Of a stretch of DNA of 64,000 bases, positions 11,735 through 21,331 are shown in pieces. The position numbers were made by a program, and so were the translations under genes. The DNA comes from Pirellulales bacterium (GTDB lineage: Bacteria; Planctomycetota; Planctomycetia; Pirellulales; Lacipirellulaceae): positions 128,470 through 192,469 of the forward strand of contig JAXMBH010000002.1 of the NCBI GenBank assembly GCA_046349975.1, given 5' to 3'. How positions within the stretch are numbered: the first letter of the stretch is position 1; each line of letters starts with the position of its first letter. The notes under the pieces are model-generated. The model did no database searches. It was not told the origin of the DNA and worked only from the letters and a program-made list of their open reading frames with translations.

Positions 11735-12874
11735 CTACGCCGCGACTCGCGCGCGCCCGGTGAGTCGCCGCAAAAAGTCGCCAATCCTAATAATATCGGC
11801 CCGCACGATGGACGTCCCGTTCGGGAACTGCAACAAACTTTCGCACAGCCGCTCGGTGTGTACCAGTTTCGCCCGCGAAGTTTCGACCATTGAGCGATAG
11901 GGCTCCATCCGATGACAGCCCGGGTGAAAATACTTCTTTACGAGCACATTTTCGCGGTGCAGCGCGGCGTAAATCGCATCGCGCGACATCCCCGCTTCAG
12001 CGGCATTTACCTCGACGACTACATACTGATGATTCCGCCGCTCCACGCTCGGCGTTTCGAACAGACGCAGCCCGCGGGCGCCCCGCAGCGCGTCGCGGTA
12101 GGCCGCCATGTTCTGGCAATTCCGCGCGATGAAGTCGTTGCAACTCTCGAGCGAAGTGAGCCCCATCGCGGCCGACAGCTCGTTCATTTTCGCGTTTGTA
12201 CCGATCTCCACGACGTGTCCCTCCTCCAAACCGAAGCTCCGCAGTCGTCGAAACTCGCTGGCGAGCTCGTCGTCATTCGTCGTGATCGCGCCACCCTCGG
12301 CCGAATTCAAGAACTTCGTCGCATGGAAGCTGAACACTTCGGCCTGTCCGAAATTGCCGATCATCCGTCCGCGGTGCGAACACGCAAACGCATGCGCTGA
12401 GTCGAACATGAGCGCCAGCCGATGCCGTTTCGCAATGTCTGCGAGCGTTTCGACCTCGCAGGTGTTGCCCCACAAGTGCACGCCCATGATGCCGCTCGTC
12501 TGCGGCGTGATTAGGCGCTCGACTTCCGCCGGATCGATGTTGTGCGTCGCGGGGTCTACGTCGCAAAACACCGGCCGCACGCCCTCCCAGGCCAGCGCGT
12601 GTGCCGTTGCGGGAAACGTGAACGACGGCACGATCACTTCGCCACTGAGCCCCAGCCCGCGAATCACCAACTGCAGCCCGATCGTGGCGTTCGCCACCGC
12701 AATGCAGTGCTTCACGCCCAGGTACCGCTCGAGCTTCTTCTCGAACTCGGCGACGAGCGGTCCTTGATTCGTGAGCCAGCGGCCATCGAGCGCCGCGCCA
12801 ATGCGCGCAAATAACTGCTCTCGATCTCCGATGTTCGGACACCCGACATGCTTCGGCTCATCAAACAACCGCAT
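11735..12874 (-). CDS. DegT/DnrJ/EryC1/StrS-family PLP-dependent sugar aminotransferase (probable dTDP-4-keto-6-deoxyglucose 4-aminotransferase)
   Basis: The N-terminus reads LFDEPKHVGCPNIGDREQLF, and the PLP-lysine region reads FSFHATKFLNSAEGGAI. Placement beside rfbA and rfbB implies a dTDP-4-amino-4,6-dideoxyhexose product. The start was moved to M23 (MRLFDEP). Confidence 0.85.
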   Translation of the reverse strand: MRLFDEPKHVGCPNIGDREQLFARIGAALDGRWLTNQGPLVAEFEKKLERYLGVKHCIAVANATIGLQLVIRGLGLSGEVIVPSFTFPATAHALAWEGVRPVFCDVDPATHNIDPAEVERLITPQTSGIMGVHLWGNTCEVETLADIAKRHRLALMFDSAHAFACSHRGRMIGNFGQAEVFSFHATKFLNSAEGGAITTNDDELASEFRRLRSFGLEEGHVVEIGTNAKMNELSAAMGLTSLESCNDFIARNCQNMAAYRDALRGARGLRLFETPSVERRNHQYVVVEVNAAEAGMSRDAIYAALHRENVLVKKYFHPGCHRMEPYRSMVETSRAKLVHTERLCESLLQFPNGTSIVRADIIRIGDFLRRLTGRARVAA

Positions 12875-13345
12875 CCCAACGTTGTGGCTGCGCACTGCGG
12901 GCTGTTGTCCGCTGTCACGTAACAAATCAAGAGCACACATAAAGAAGTATTTTATCTCGTTCGATTCCGCAAAAGCACGACGTTCGAATTACCGCACTGT
13001 TTAACGATTCGCAATGAGCTTCGTGACACGGCCGCCGCTTATCCGGCCCCGCTCATTAAGGCCACAGTGCCGTACGATACGAAGAACTGCCCAAATCGCC
13101 AACCACGCTTCCTTGACTGCTAGCGAGGCTAGCGGTTTTGACGTCGTACTGCGGTCACGCGCGGCCTTTCCCAACCCACGCGTCTCGATCGGCCCTCGCT
13201 TGCCTCTCAATTCTTGCGAAAACCCATGAGCGTTCCGTATTGTTTCCTGACTGACCTTTCCACTACACTTCGCCCACTTCATCGGGGCCCTGGAGCCGCG
13301 CCCTGCCGCCCGGTTCCGCGCCACGTTCGATCGACTGCGCCTTTC

Positions 13346-14236
13346 ATGCGAACGACTCTCGAAATTGCGGTGGTCCTGACGACCTACGAGCGTCCCGGGC
13401 ACCTGGCGCGCTCGCTACGTTCGCTTGCGCTGCAAACAGGCGTCGCTGACCAATTCGAAGTGATCGTCGCCGATGACGGTTCGCAAGATAACACGGCCGC
13501 GATCGTGCAAGAATTCGCCCGCGCGGTGAATTTCCCAGTTCAGTGGATCACGCACCCTCACGACGGCTTCCGCGTATCGCTGTGTCGCAACGACGGCGTC
13601 CGCTCCAGCAGAGCGCCCTACTTTCTGTTCACCGATAGCGATTGCATTTTCCCGCCCGACCACCTGCTCAAGCATTTACAGGCCCGTCGCCCCGGTATCG
13701 TGCGGGCTGGTGAGTGCATCCGCCTCGAACGCGAAGCCTCGGAACGTATTGACCTCGCCGCCATCGACTCCGGCGCATATCGTTCGCTTGGCTCGCTCAA
13801 AGAATGGCGCAGGCTCAAAAGCAAGCGCATCAAAGACTCGTACTATTTTTGGATCAACCACGCTTGCAAGCCCAAGCTGCCAGGCTACAACATTGCAATC
13901 TCGCGTGACGATCTCGAGGCCGTCAACGGATTCGACGAATCGTTCGTGGGTTGGGGCTGCGAAGACGACGACATCGCCTTTCGCCTGCGCCGCGCCGGCC
14001 GCCGCATTGCCTCGGCCCTGGGCTACACGCACGCTTACCACCTTTGGCACCCGACTGACCCGTCACGTCCGGCCAAATGGAACGACGGCCTGAACGTGTC
14101 GCGGCTGCATTACATGGATCGCCCCATTCGCTGTGCCAATGGGCTTGTAAATACATCGCCAGCGCGCGATGTTCCACAGCCGGAAGCCAGCAGCGAGTTT
14201 TCTCTCCCGCCGCTAGTACCGAAACGCGCGGCGTGA
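13346..14236 (+). CDS. family 2 glycosyltransferase
   Basis: Has the GT2 GT-A fold, with an N-terminal IAVVLTTYERPGHLARSLRSLALQ segment, a DDGSQD motif, DSD, and a GWGCEDDD region. The start was chosen at MRTTLEIAVVL (13346). Confidence 0.75.
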   Translation: MRTTLEIAVVLTTYERPGHLARSLRSLALQTGVADQFEVIVADDGSQDNTAAIVQEFARAVNFPVQWITHPHDGFRVSLCRNDGVRSSRAPYFLFTDSDCIFPPDHLLKHLQARRPGIVRAGECIRLEREASERIDLAAIDSGAYRSLGSLKEWRRLKSKRIKDSYYFWINHACKPKLPGYNIAISRDDLEAVNGFDESFVGWGCEDDDIAFRLRRAGRRIASALGYTHAYHLWHPTDPSRPAKWNDGLNVSRLHYMDRPIRCANGLVNTSPARDVPQPEASSEFSLPPLVPKRAA

Positions 14237-14270
14237 TCGAGCCGCGCGACCCAGTTTGTTGGAGCCCAGC

Positions 14271-15428
14271 ATGCGTATCGCTTTTTTCTCGACGATGGGC
14301 GCGCTTCCCTGGGGCGGCAGTGAAGAACTTTGGTGCCGCGCCGCTCACGTGCTGCTCGATCGTGGGCATGAAGTGTGCTTCAACTCCTTCCAATGGCCCA
14401 AAATCGCCACCCCGCTCCGCGAGCTCGAAAAGCACGGCGCACGACCACACTACCGCACCCGCCGCCGCGTCGGCCGCACGATGAGCCGGATTCTGCAAAA
14501 ACTCCGCCTCACACGGATGCGTTACCTGACTTGGCTAAAAACATGTAAGCCTGACTTTGTCGTAATCTCGTTTGCGTGCCACACCGACGACCCGCAAATC
14601 GCGAACACCTGCCGCCGATTGGGCATACCCTATTCGATCGTGCTACAAGCTGCCGGCTCGCACAATTGGATCGACAACCGCTCGCTCGATGATTTTCGCG
14701 ACGCCTACAATGGCGCAAAGCGTTGCTTCTTCGTCTCCGCCGAAAATCGCGACACGATCGAATCGAATCTCGCAGTCGAACTGCAGCATAGCGAAATCAT
14801 CGACAATCCATTCTCAGTCGCCGTCGACGCCCGCCCCGCTTGGCCCGCTACCGCGCCACATTGGAAGCTGGCCTGCGTCGCTCGCATTCATTATCTCACC
14901 AAGAGCCAAGACCTCATCGTCCGCGTGATGCGGCAACCCAAGTGGCGCGCCCGGCCGCTGCAAATCGCGATGTGGGGCAGCGATAATGGCAGCCTCAGCC
15001 GCCTGCAACGCGCGCTCGATGTCTACGGCCTCCACCGTCAAATCCGATACGGCGGCGTCTCCCACAATATCGAACAACTCTGGGCGGAGCACCACGGCTT
15101 GCTGCTGCCCTCGCGCTCTGAGGGCAATCCCATCTCACTTACCGAAGCGATGCTCTGTGGCCGCGTGCCGATCGTCACCAATGTCGGACGGGCTGCGGAG
15201 CTGATCGACGATAACGACAGCGGCTTCATTGCGCCTGCCGCCACCGCGGAACTGCTCGACGAAGTCCTGGAGCGCGCCTGGCACCGCCGCGAAGATTGGC
15301 GCGCAATGGGCCAGCGTGCGGCCAACTGCATCCGCACGCGCCACAGCCTGCGACCGGCCGAAGACCTCGCCGAACGCATCCTCGCCGCCGCCGCCACGCG
15401 CCCCACCCTGCACCGCGCCGCCGCCTAG
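14271..15428 (+). CDS. family 4 glycosyltransferase (GT-B fold)
   Basis: Begins MRIAFFS...GGSE, with an EX7E-like C-terminal motif (SRSEGNPISLTEAM) and GRVPIVTNVG. The start was chosen at MRIAFF. Confidence 0.75.
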   Translation: MRIAFFSTMGALPWGGSEELWCRAAHVLLDRGHEVCFNSFQWPKIATPLRELEKHGARPHYRTRRRVGRTMSRILQKLRLTRMRYLTWLKTCKPDFVVISFACHTDDPQIANTCRRLGIPYSIVLQAAGSHNWIDNRSLDDFRDAYNGAKRCFFVSAENRDTIESNLAVELQHSEIIDNPFSVAVDARPAWPATAPHWKLACVARIHYLTKSQDLIVRVMRQPKWRARPLQIAMWGSDNGSLSRLQRALDVYGLHRQIRYGGVSHNIEQLWAEHHGLLLPSRSEGNPISLTEAMLCGRVPIVTNVGRAAELIDDNDSGFIAPAATAELLDEVLERAWHRREDWRAMGQRAANCIRTRHSLRPAEDLAERILAAAATRPTLHRAAA

Positions 15429-15458
15429 CGACTAAATTCGGCGCGCGGCAATGTAAGA

Positions 15459-15500
15459 ATTTCGCTCCGCGAGGTTCCATTTCCTGTTGCGGAGCGAAAT
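15459..15500 (+). terminator. stem-loop 30 nt after the GT4 stop (12-bp perfect stem ATTTCGCTCCGC / GCGGAGCGAAAT)
   Basis: A perfect 12-bp inverted repeat with an 18-nt loop is read directly from the sequence. There is no strong U-tract, so it may act as an attenuator, a processing site, or a Rho-independent-like terminator. Confidence 0.4.
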
Positions 15501-15754
15501 GCCTTCAGTCTTGGGCCTCCCCGGCCCGCCCCCCGGGCCGACGGCCTCGCAGCCCGCGCATCCCAGTCGACCCGTTTAAAGGTCGCTTATCAGGCCAGCG
15601 CGCTGCTTTTTCGCCTCATTCGCCGCCCCGTCTGGCTCCGTAATTACGCTGGAAATCAGCGGCCGAATGGCCCTTCGGCGGAGCGTCCGCGCCGCCGCCA
15701 TTCATGGTCGCTGCCACTCTTCCACGAATCGTTTCTTCCGAGGCCCGCCCGCAG

Positions 15755-17596
15755 ATGCACTCCTCACGAGCTACTCCAGCGCACCGCGCGCTCCTGCAAT
15801 CGTGCGCATCGATTCTCTCGTTCGTTGCCGCCGCTGTCGTTGAGGTTTCCACCACCGCCGCCGCCATTGACTTCAATATCGGCGCGCCTCAGGTCATCTA
15901 CTCCAACTCACAGCGCAAAAGCGCCGGCGGCGCGAACTGGCCCGATGGCAGCCTCGGCGCGGTCGCCAATGGCAACGGCACCTACGACTTTTACGGTGCG
16001 AACGCCTCATCGCCTGTTGTCACCACCGGTACGCTAAATACCCCGGGCGCATCGAAACGCTCGGTGAAGATCAACAACGTGCCCAGCAAAACTTTCAATT
16101 ATCTTGCCGGTGGGCCCGTTTATACCGACCCGTTCAGCGGCGCGCGGCTCATGATCTATCACGGCGAACTCAAGGGCAACAGCAAGAAGAATTTCCATAG
16201 CGTCCTTGGCCTTGCCGTTTCGACCGATGGCACGAATTTTCGCGACCTCGGCCAGATCATCACTCCCAACATCCCTGCTGGCTTTGCCGAGGTCGGGGGC
16301 GGCTCGTTCGCGGTCGTCGACGGCTATCTCAATGTCTACTACCGCGACTGGCTCACGACCGGCGCGACCGCCGAAGTCGCTGTCGCGCGGGCGCCGCTCG
16401 TCGACCTCATGAACAATGCCTTCGCCGGCCGCAATACGCAGTTCTGGAAGTACTACGATGGCAGCTGGTCGCAGCCCGGCGTGGGCGGCCGAGCTGCTGC
16501 TCTCGAAGCTTACAATCCTTCGAACGCATGGGTGGCAATCTCGCGCAACGACTACCTGAACCAACTCGTGCTCGTCACGTCGCAATGGTCCGACGACGGC
16601 GGCGATCTCTACTACTCCACGTCTCCAGACGGCATTAACTGGGCGCCGCGCCAGCCGCTCGCCGTTAGCCCCGGCGAGCAGATGTATCCCTCGATCATTG
16701 GTACCGGCGCCGATCCCGCCCGCTCCGGCCAGTCGTTCTACGTCTACTACACCGACAGCAAGAAGGGCGCCTGGAGCCGGTGGAGCAATGCCCAACTCGT
16801 GCGCCGCGAAGTGACCATTCAATCGGCGCCAGTGGCGAGCGGCGGTTCATTGGGCGCCGGGCTCGGTTACACCGCCGACTGGGTCCCCGTCGGCGACTAC
16901 CAAGCCGATTTCACGCCCGGTGCGCCAACGAACGGCTGGAAGTATATGTGGGACCCCAAGGGCAAAGTCGGCAACGCCTCAACCTATTCACCTTTGCTGT
17001 GGAGCCAGTCTGAGCAAGTTTACAATACCACTGGCGGCGCCACGATGACTCCGAACCCCAAAAGCCACAAGGACGATTACCTCTTCCTCTCCGCCGATAG
17101 CGGCTCACCCGGACAGCCGAAGTACATGCCTATTATTGGCTATACGATCCAAGCCGATGACGGCGCCGGCCTGTACCGCCTGAGCGACAGCTCGATCCAA
17201 AAATCGAATGGCACATTCGTCGCCAGCGAAGATAATCTGCAAGTGCAGGTCTATATTAACGACACGCTCGTTGGCGCGAACACGGTCGTTGGTACCGACG
17301 GCCTCCTCCGCAGCTTCGACCGCAACCTCGGGATGCTAAACATCGGCGACACGATTTGGGTGCTGATCGACCCGCTCAAGAACCAAATCGACGATGTCTT
17401 CTGCAACTTCGATTTCACGATCGAGAAGCTTCTCTACAGCAATACGCCGACGTTCGCCGTAACCCAGCAGCTGGCGTTCACGCAGGAATTTTCGCTCAAT
17501 TCGGCCGTTGCGGTGCCGGAACCCACTTCCGTCGCCGTCGCTCTCATCGCCCTCAGCGGCTTCGCCATCTGCCGCCGCCGTCGCCCCGCCGCGTGA
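15755..17596 (+). CDS. secreted PEP-CTERM-anchored protein with a beta-propeller/glycosidase-like ectodomain
   Basis: It has an N-terminal signal peptide (the start was chosen at MHSS...AAAVVEVSTTAAA) and a canonical PEP-CTERM tail (VPEPTSVAVALIALSGFAICRRRRPAA). The central region is rich in Gly, Asp and aromatic residues, consistent with beta-propeller blades. Confidence 0.7.
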   Translation: MHSSRATPAHRALLQSCASILSFVAAAVVEVSTTAAAIDFNIGAPQVIYSNSQRKSAGGANWPDGSLGAVANGNGTYDFYGANASSPVVTTGTLNTPGASKRSVKINNVPSKTFNYLAGGPVYTDPFSGARLMIYHGELKGNSKKNFHSVLGLAVSTDGTNFRDLGQIITPNIPAGFAEVGGGSFAVVDGYLNVYYRDWLTTGATAEVAVARAPLVDLMNNAFAGRNTQFWKYYDGSWSQPGVGGRAAALEAYNPSNAWVAISRNDYLNQLVLVTSQWSDDGGDLYYSTSPDGINWAPRQPLAVSPGEQMYPSIIGTGADPARSGQSFYVYYTDSKKGAWSRWSNAQLVRREVTIQSAPVASGGSLGAGLGYTADWVPVGDYQADFTPGAPTNGWKYMWDPKGKVGNASTYSPLLWSQSEQVYNTTGGATMTPNPKSHKDDYLFLSADSGSPGQPKYMPIIGYTIQADDGAGLYRLSDSSIQKSNGTFVASEDNLQVQVYINDTLVGANTVVGTDGLLRSFDRNLGMLNIGDTIWVLIDPLKNQIDDVFCNFDFTIEKLLYSNTPTFAVTQQLAFTQEFSLNSAVAVPEPTSVAVALIALSGFAICRRRRPAA

Positions 17597-17785
17597 ATTC
17601 TCTCCCGGCTCGCGGAGCAAACCCGTCCCCTGGGCTTGCTCCACGCCTCTTCCGAGTTACATTGACGGTTGCAACACCGCATCGCGCGTCCCAGCGTGAT
17701 CGTGCGCACTCGCGTCGAGGTAGCCGCAACGCTACGCATTGCTGGCGCCCTGTAAAATCACTCCGATTGTTTACTCGCCCATCCC

Positions 17786-18661
17786 ATGAAACATCGCCAC
17801 CTCGCAGCGCCCTCCCTCGCCTGTCTCGCAGCCCTTGCCATGACGATTACCGCCGCCGCAGCAGATGTCGGCCTCGGCCCCAGCTTCAAGGGCCCCGTCG
17901 GCCTGCAACTCTACAGCCTTCGCGACCAATTCGCGAAAGACGTCCCCGGCACGCTCGATAAGGTCCGCGACTACGGCTTCAAGTACGTCGAACTCGCCGG
18001 CACGTATGGCCTGACTCCCGCTAAGTTCAAAAGCGAACTCGAGTCGCGCGGCCTCGTCGCGATCAGCGGCCACTTCCCGTTCGAGCGCTTCCGCGATGAT
18101 GTCGAAGGCATTGCCGCCGAAGCAAAGGCCCTCGGCCTGAAATACGCCGGCTGCGCGTGGATTGCCCACAGCGGCGACTTCGACGAGAAGCAATGCCGCG
18201 AAGCGATCCGGGTTTTCAACGCCGCCGGCGCGGCGCTGGCTAAGCACGACTTGAAGTTCTTCTATCACACGCACGGCTACGAATTTCAACCCTACGGCTC
18301 CGGCACACTCTTCGATTTGCTCATGACCGAAACGAAGCCCGAGCACGTCACGTATGAAATGGACGTCTTCTGGATCGTGCACGGCGGCCAGGACCCTGCC
18401 GCGCTTTTTGTGAAATACGGCGACCGCTTCGCGCTCGCGCACCTTAAAGACATGAAGCAAGGCACGCCCATCAACCTGCTCACTGGCAGCAGCGATGTGA
18501 CGAACGACGTGCCGCTCGGCACCGGCCGCATCGACTGTCGCCGCGCGCTCGCCGCCGCCAACAAGGCCGGCGTGAAGTGGTACTTCATCGAAGACGAATC
18601 ACCCAGAAGCGAAAAGCAAATCCCCGTCAGCCTTCGCTACCTCGAACAAGTCACGTGGTGA
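17786..18661 (+). CDS. sugar phosphate isomerase/epimerase (xylose isomerase-like TIM barrel) with signal peptide
   Basis: 291 aa. A signal peptide ([26 protein letters not shown]) is followed by an AP-endonuclease-2/xylose-isomerase-like TIM-barrel pattern ([22 protein letters not shown]). Confidence 0.7.
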   Translation: MKHRHLAAPSLACLAALAMTITAAAADVGLGPSFKGPVGLQLYSLRDQFAKDVPGTLDKVRDYGFKYVELAGTYGLTPAKFKSELESRGLVAISGHFPFERFRDDVEGIAAEAKALGLKYAGCAWIAHSGDFDEKQCREAIRVFNAAGAALAKHDLKFFYHTHGYEFQPYGSGTLFDLLMTETKPEHVTYEMDVFWIVHGGQDPAALFVKYGDRFALAHLKDMKQGTPINLLTGSSDVTNDVPLGTGRIDCRRALAAANKAGVKWYFIEDESPRSEKQIPVSLRYLEQVTW

Positions 18662-18859
18662 CGGCACTGTTGGGCGCACTTCACGTACAACGACATGCGA
18701 CAGCCGCACTCAGAGGCTTCCACGATGCGTTTCGTCAGTGATGACGTCCTACGCCGAAGGCGTTGAACTCCACAGCCCAGCGTCGCTCGGCTTGGCGAGC
18801 GCACGCTGGGTCAACTTGCCCCTGCTCATTGCTTACGCTGAAAGCGTTACGCCACTCGC

Positions 18860-19564
18860 ATGCTGATATCTCATCCCATTCTCGCAGCGCTATTAGTGAC
18901 AATCGCCTGTCAATTTTCGGCCGCCGAGCCATCTACGAAATCAATTCAACTCTTCGACGGCAAAACTTTCACCGGCTGGACCGCGGCCGACGGCAAAGCG
19001 CCGCCCAAGAACTGGACGATCGAAGACGGCGCGCTCGTCGTCAGCGGCACCGGCGGCTCACTCTTCACGGCCGACGAGTACGACGACTTCGATCTCTCGT
19101 TCGAATGGCGGATCACGCCCCACGGCAATAGCGGCGTGAAGTATCGCAGCAACTTCTACCGACTCGGCGTGCACGGCCATCCCGGCTGGCTTGGCTGCGA
19201 GTACCAAATCCTCGACGATTCTGAATATGGGAACGAGCCGCCGAACGCGACCAACCGCAGCGGCGTCATCTATGATCTTTATCCCATCACAACCAAGCCC
19301 ACGCTGCGCCCCGTCGGTGAGTTCAATGACGGCCGTATTGTTGTGAAGGGCCCGCACATCGAACATTGGATTAACGGCACCATGGTGTCGAGCGCTGAAA
19401 TCGGCACCGACGATTGGAAACACCGCGTCGAACAAAGCAAGTTCGGCATCGTGCCTCACTTCATGCAGCACCCCAAAGGCCGCATTGAACTCCAGGACCA
19501 CAATCACAAGGCCGCCTTCCGCAACATTGTGCTCACTCCTCTCGACGCTGCAGCCTTACATTAG
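18860..19564 (+). CDS. DUF1080 (3-keto-disaccharide hydrolase-like) secreted protein
   Basis: Signal peptide followed by the LFDGKTFTGWT ... NSGVKYR ... GCEYQILDD ... IELQDHN pattern characteristic of DUF1080, a family that is abundant in Planctomycetota. Confidence 0.75.
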   Translation: MLISHPILAALLVTIACQFSAAEPSTKSIQLFDGKTFTGWTAADGKAPPKNWTIEDGALVVSGTGGSLFTADEYDDFDLSFEWRITPHGNSGVKYRSNFYRLGVHGHPGWLGCEYQILDDSEYGNEPPNATNRSGVIYDLYPITTKPTLRPVGEFNDGRIVVKGPHIEHWINGTMVSSAEIGTDDWKHRVEQSKFGIVPHFMQHPKGRIELQDHNHKAAFRNIVLTPLDAAALH

Positions 19565-19598
19565 TGCTATGTCACCATTAAGAATTCTTGTAAGAGCA

Positions 19599-19664
19599 AT
19601 TAGCCGCCGGGCGCTAGCCCGCGGTTCTCGCCGCCGCAACCGCGGCTAGCGCCCGACGGCTAAT
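19599..19664. repeat. long near-perfect inverted repeat (about 27-28 bp arms, 11-nt loop) in the intergenic space after the DUF1080 gene
   Basis: ATTAGCCGCCGGGCGCTAGCCCGCGGTT-ctcgccgccgc-AACCGCGGCTAGCGCCCGACGGCTAAT, with only one or two mismatches between the arms. It may be a REP-like element or a terminator. Confidence 0.5.
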
Positions 19665-19872
19665 CCAAAATCAAGATGTGGCAGAGCAGTAGCCCGCCGA
19701 ATCAGCTCCAGACCACTACTCGATTTCGCCCGCTGAGCTTCGGTGCGAAGGCCCGGCGCAGCAGAGCTCGCCCGCGCATGCGCCTTTCGGCCAGCCTAGC
19801 CGTTTTTGGGGATGTAACGTTCAGCCCCGATCCGTAACAATTGGGCCATCGTCATCTGCGTCAGCTGCGGAC

Positions 19873-20499
19873 TTGAAAAATCACCACGCGCAGGAGCGCA
19901 TGCCCAACGATTTTCCCATCCTGTACGTTGCGCGCCACGGTGAAACCGAGTGGAGCATCACCGGCCAGCACACCGGCCGGGCTGATATCCCGCTCACCAA
20001 GCGTGGCGAACAAATGGCCGCGGAGCTTGGCGCCCGACTGCACAAGCTCTCGTTCACGCGCGTCTACACGAGCCCGCTGATCCGCGCCGCCGAAACCTGC
20101 CGCATTGCCGGTTATGCCGCTGTCGCCGATTCGATGTTCGACCTTGTCGAGTGGGCCTACGGCGAGTTCGAAGGCCGCCGCCGCGCTGAAATTCGCGCCG
20201 ACTATCCCGATTGGGACCTCTTCCGCGATGGCTGCCCCGGCGGTGAATCGCCCGCAGAAGTCGGCGAGCGCGCTGACCGCGTCATCGCCGCCGTTACGCC
20301 GCTCCAAGGCAACGTACTCCTATTCTCGAGCGGCCATTTTCTGCGTGTGCTCGCCGCCCGCTGGCTCGACCTGCCGCCCGGAATGGCTAGACATTTCCAC
20401 CTCAGTACCGCTAGCCTAAGCGAGTTAACCTACGAGCACAGCCTGGCCGAGCCCGTCATTAGCCTGTGGAATGACGTGTCGCACTTGGGCGCACCTTGA
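19873..20499 (+). CDS. histidine phosphatase family protein (phosphoglycerate mutase-like)
   Basis: Catalytic RHGETEWS motif near the N-terminus. 208 aa. Confidence 0.75.
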   Translation: MKNHHAQERMPNDFPILYVARHGETEWSITGQHTGRADIPLTKRGEQMAAELGARLHKLSFTRVYTSPLIRAAETCRIAGYAAVADSMFDLVEWAYGEFEGRRRAEIRADYPDWDLFRDGCPGGESPAEVGERADRVIAAVTPLQGNVLLFSSGHFLRVLAARWLDLPPGMARHFHLSTASLSELTYEHSLAEPVISLWNDVSHLGAP

Positions 20500-20527
20500 A
20501 TTCCGCAACCACTATGAATCCATCCCC

Positions 20528-21331
20528 ATGAAAGTCCTCGTCGTCGATGTCGGTGGTTCGCATGTGAAAATGCTCGCCGCCGGCGAAAGCCAATCGCGCC
20601 GCTTCGACTCTGGCCCGTCGCTCACCGCCCGGCAAATGGTCGCCGGCGTGAAGAAGCTCACCAAAGATTGGACGTTCGATGCCGTCAGCATCGGCTATCC
20701 CGGTCCCGTGCTCGATGGTCGGCCAGTTGCTGAGCCAGTGAACCTGGGAAGTGGTTGGGTGGGCCTCGACTACGAACGTGCTTTCGGCTGCAGAGTGCAA
20801 GTTGTGAACGACGCAGCGATGCAGGCGATCGGCAGTTACCAAGGCGGCAAAATGCTCTTCCTGGGCCTCGGCACCGGCCTTGGCACGACGCTGATCATTG
20901 ACGGCATCGTCGAACCGATGGAGCTTGGGCACTTGCCATACAAAAAAGGCACCTATGAAGATTACGTCGGCCAGCGCGGCCTCGCCAAGCACGGCCTTCG
21001 CAAATGGCGACGCAACGTGGCTGAAGTCGTCAAGCTCCTCTCCGCAGCGCTGCGCCCCCAAGACATCGTCCTCGGCGGCGGGAATGTGAAACATCTCAAA
21101 CAACTGCCCGAGGGCTGCCGCGCAGGTGCGAATGTCAACGCTTTCATCGGCGGCTTGCGTCTGTGGGAGCACGACACCGCCCATCCGATCACGCAAGAAA
21201 CAGTTGCCGAGTCTGCGACGGCCAAACGCGGTCGCCAGGGAACTAAGAAGAAATCAGCGCAGAAGACCAAAAAGGTCACCACAAAACGCGCGACCAAGAA
21301 GAAGCCGAAGAAAGGCACGCGAAAGAAATGA
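20528..21331 (+). CDS. ROK-family glucokinase-like sugar kinase with Lys-rich C-terminal tail
   Basis: Begins [15 protein letters not shown], with an ASKHA/ROK fold ([10 protein letters not shown]). The C-terminal 40 residues are a K/T/R-rich low-complexity tail ([28 protein letters not shown]). The start was chosen at 20528, and the gene overlaps pgi by ATGA. Confidence 0.7.
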   Translation: MKVLVVDVGGSHVKMLAAGESQSRRFDSGPSLTARQMVAGVKKLTKDWTFDAVSIGYPGPVLDGRPVAEPVNLGSGWVGLDYERAFGCRVQVVNDAAMQAIGSYQGGKMLFLGLGTGLGTTLIIDGIVEPMELGHLPYKKGTYEDYVGQRGLAKHGLRKWRRNVAEVVKLLSAALRPQDIVLGGGNVKHLKQLPEGCRAGANVNAFIGGLRLWEHDTAHPITQETVAESATAKRGRQGTKKKSAQKTKKVTTKRATKKKPKKGTRKK

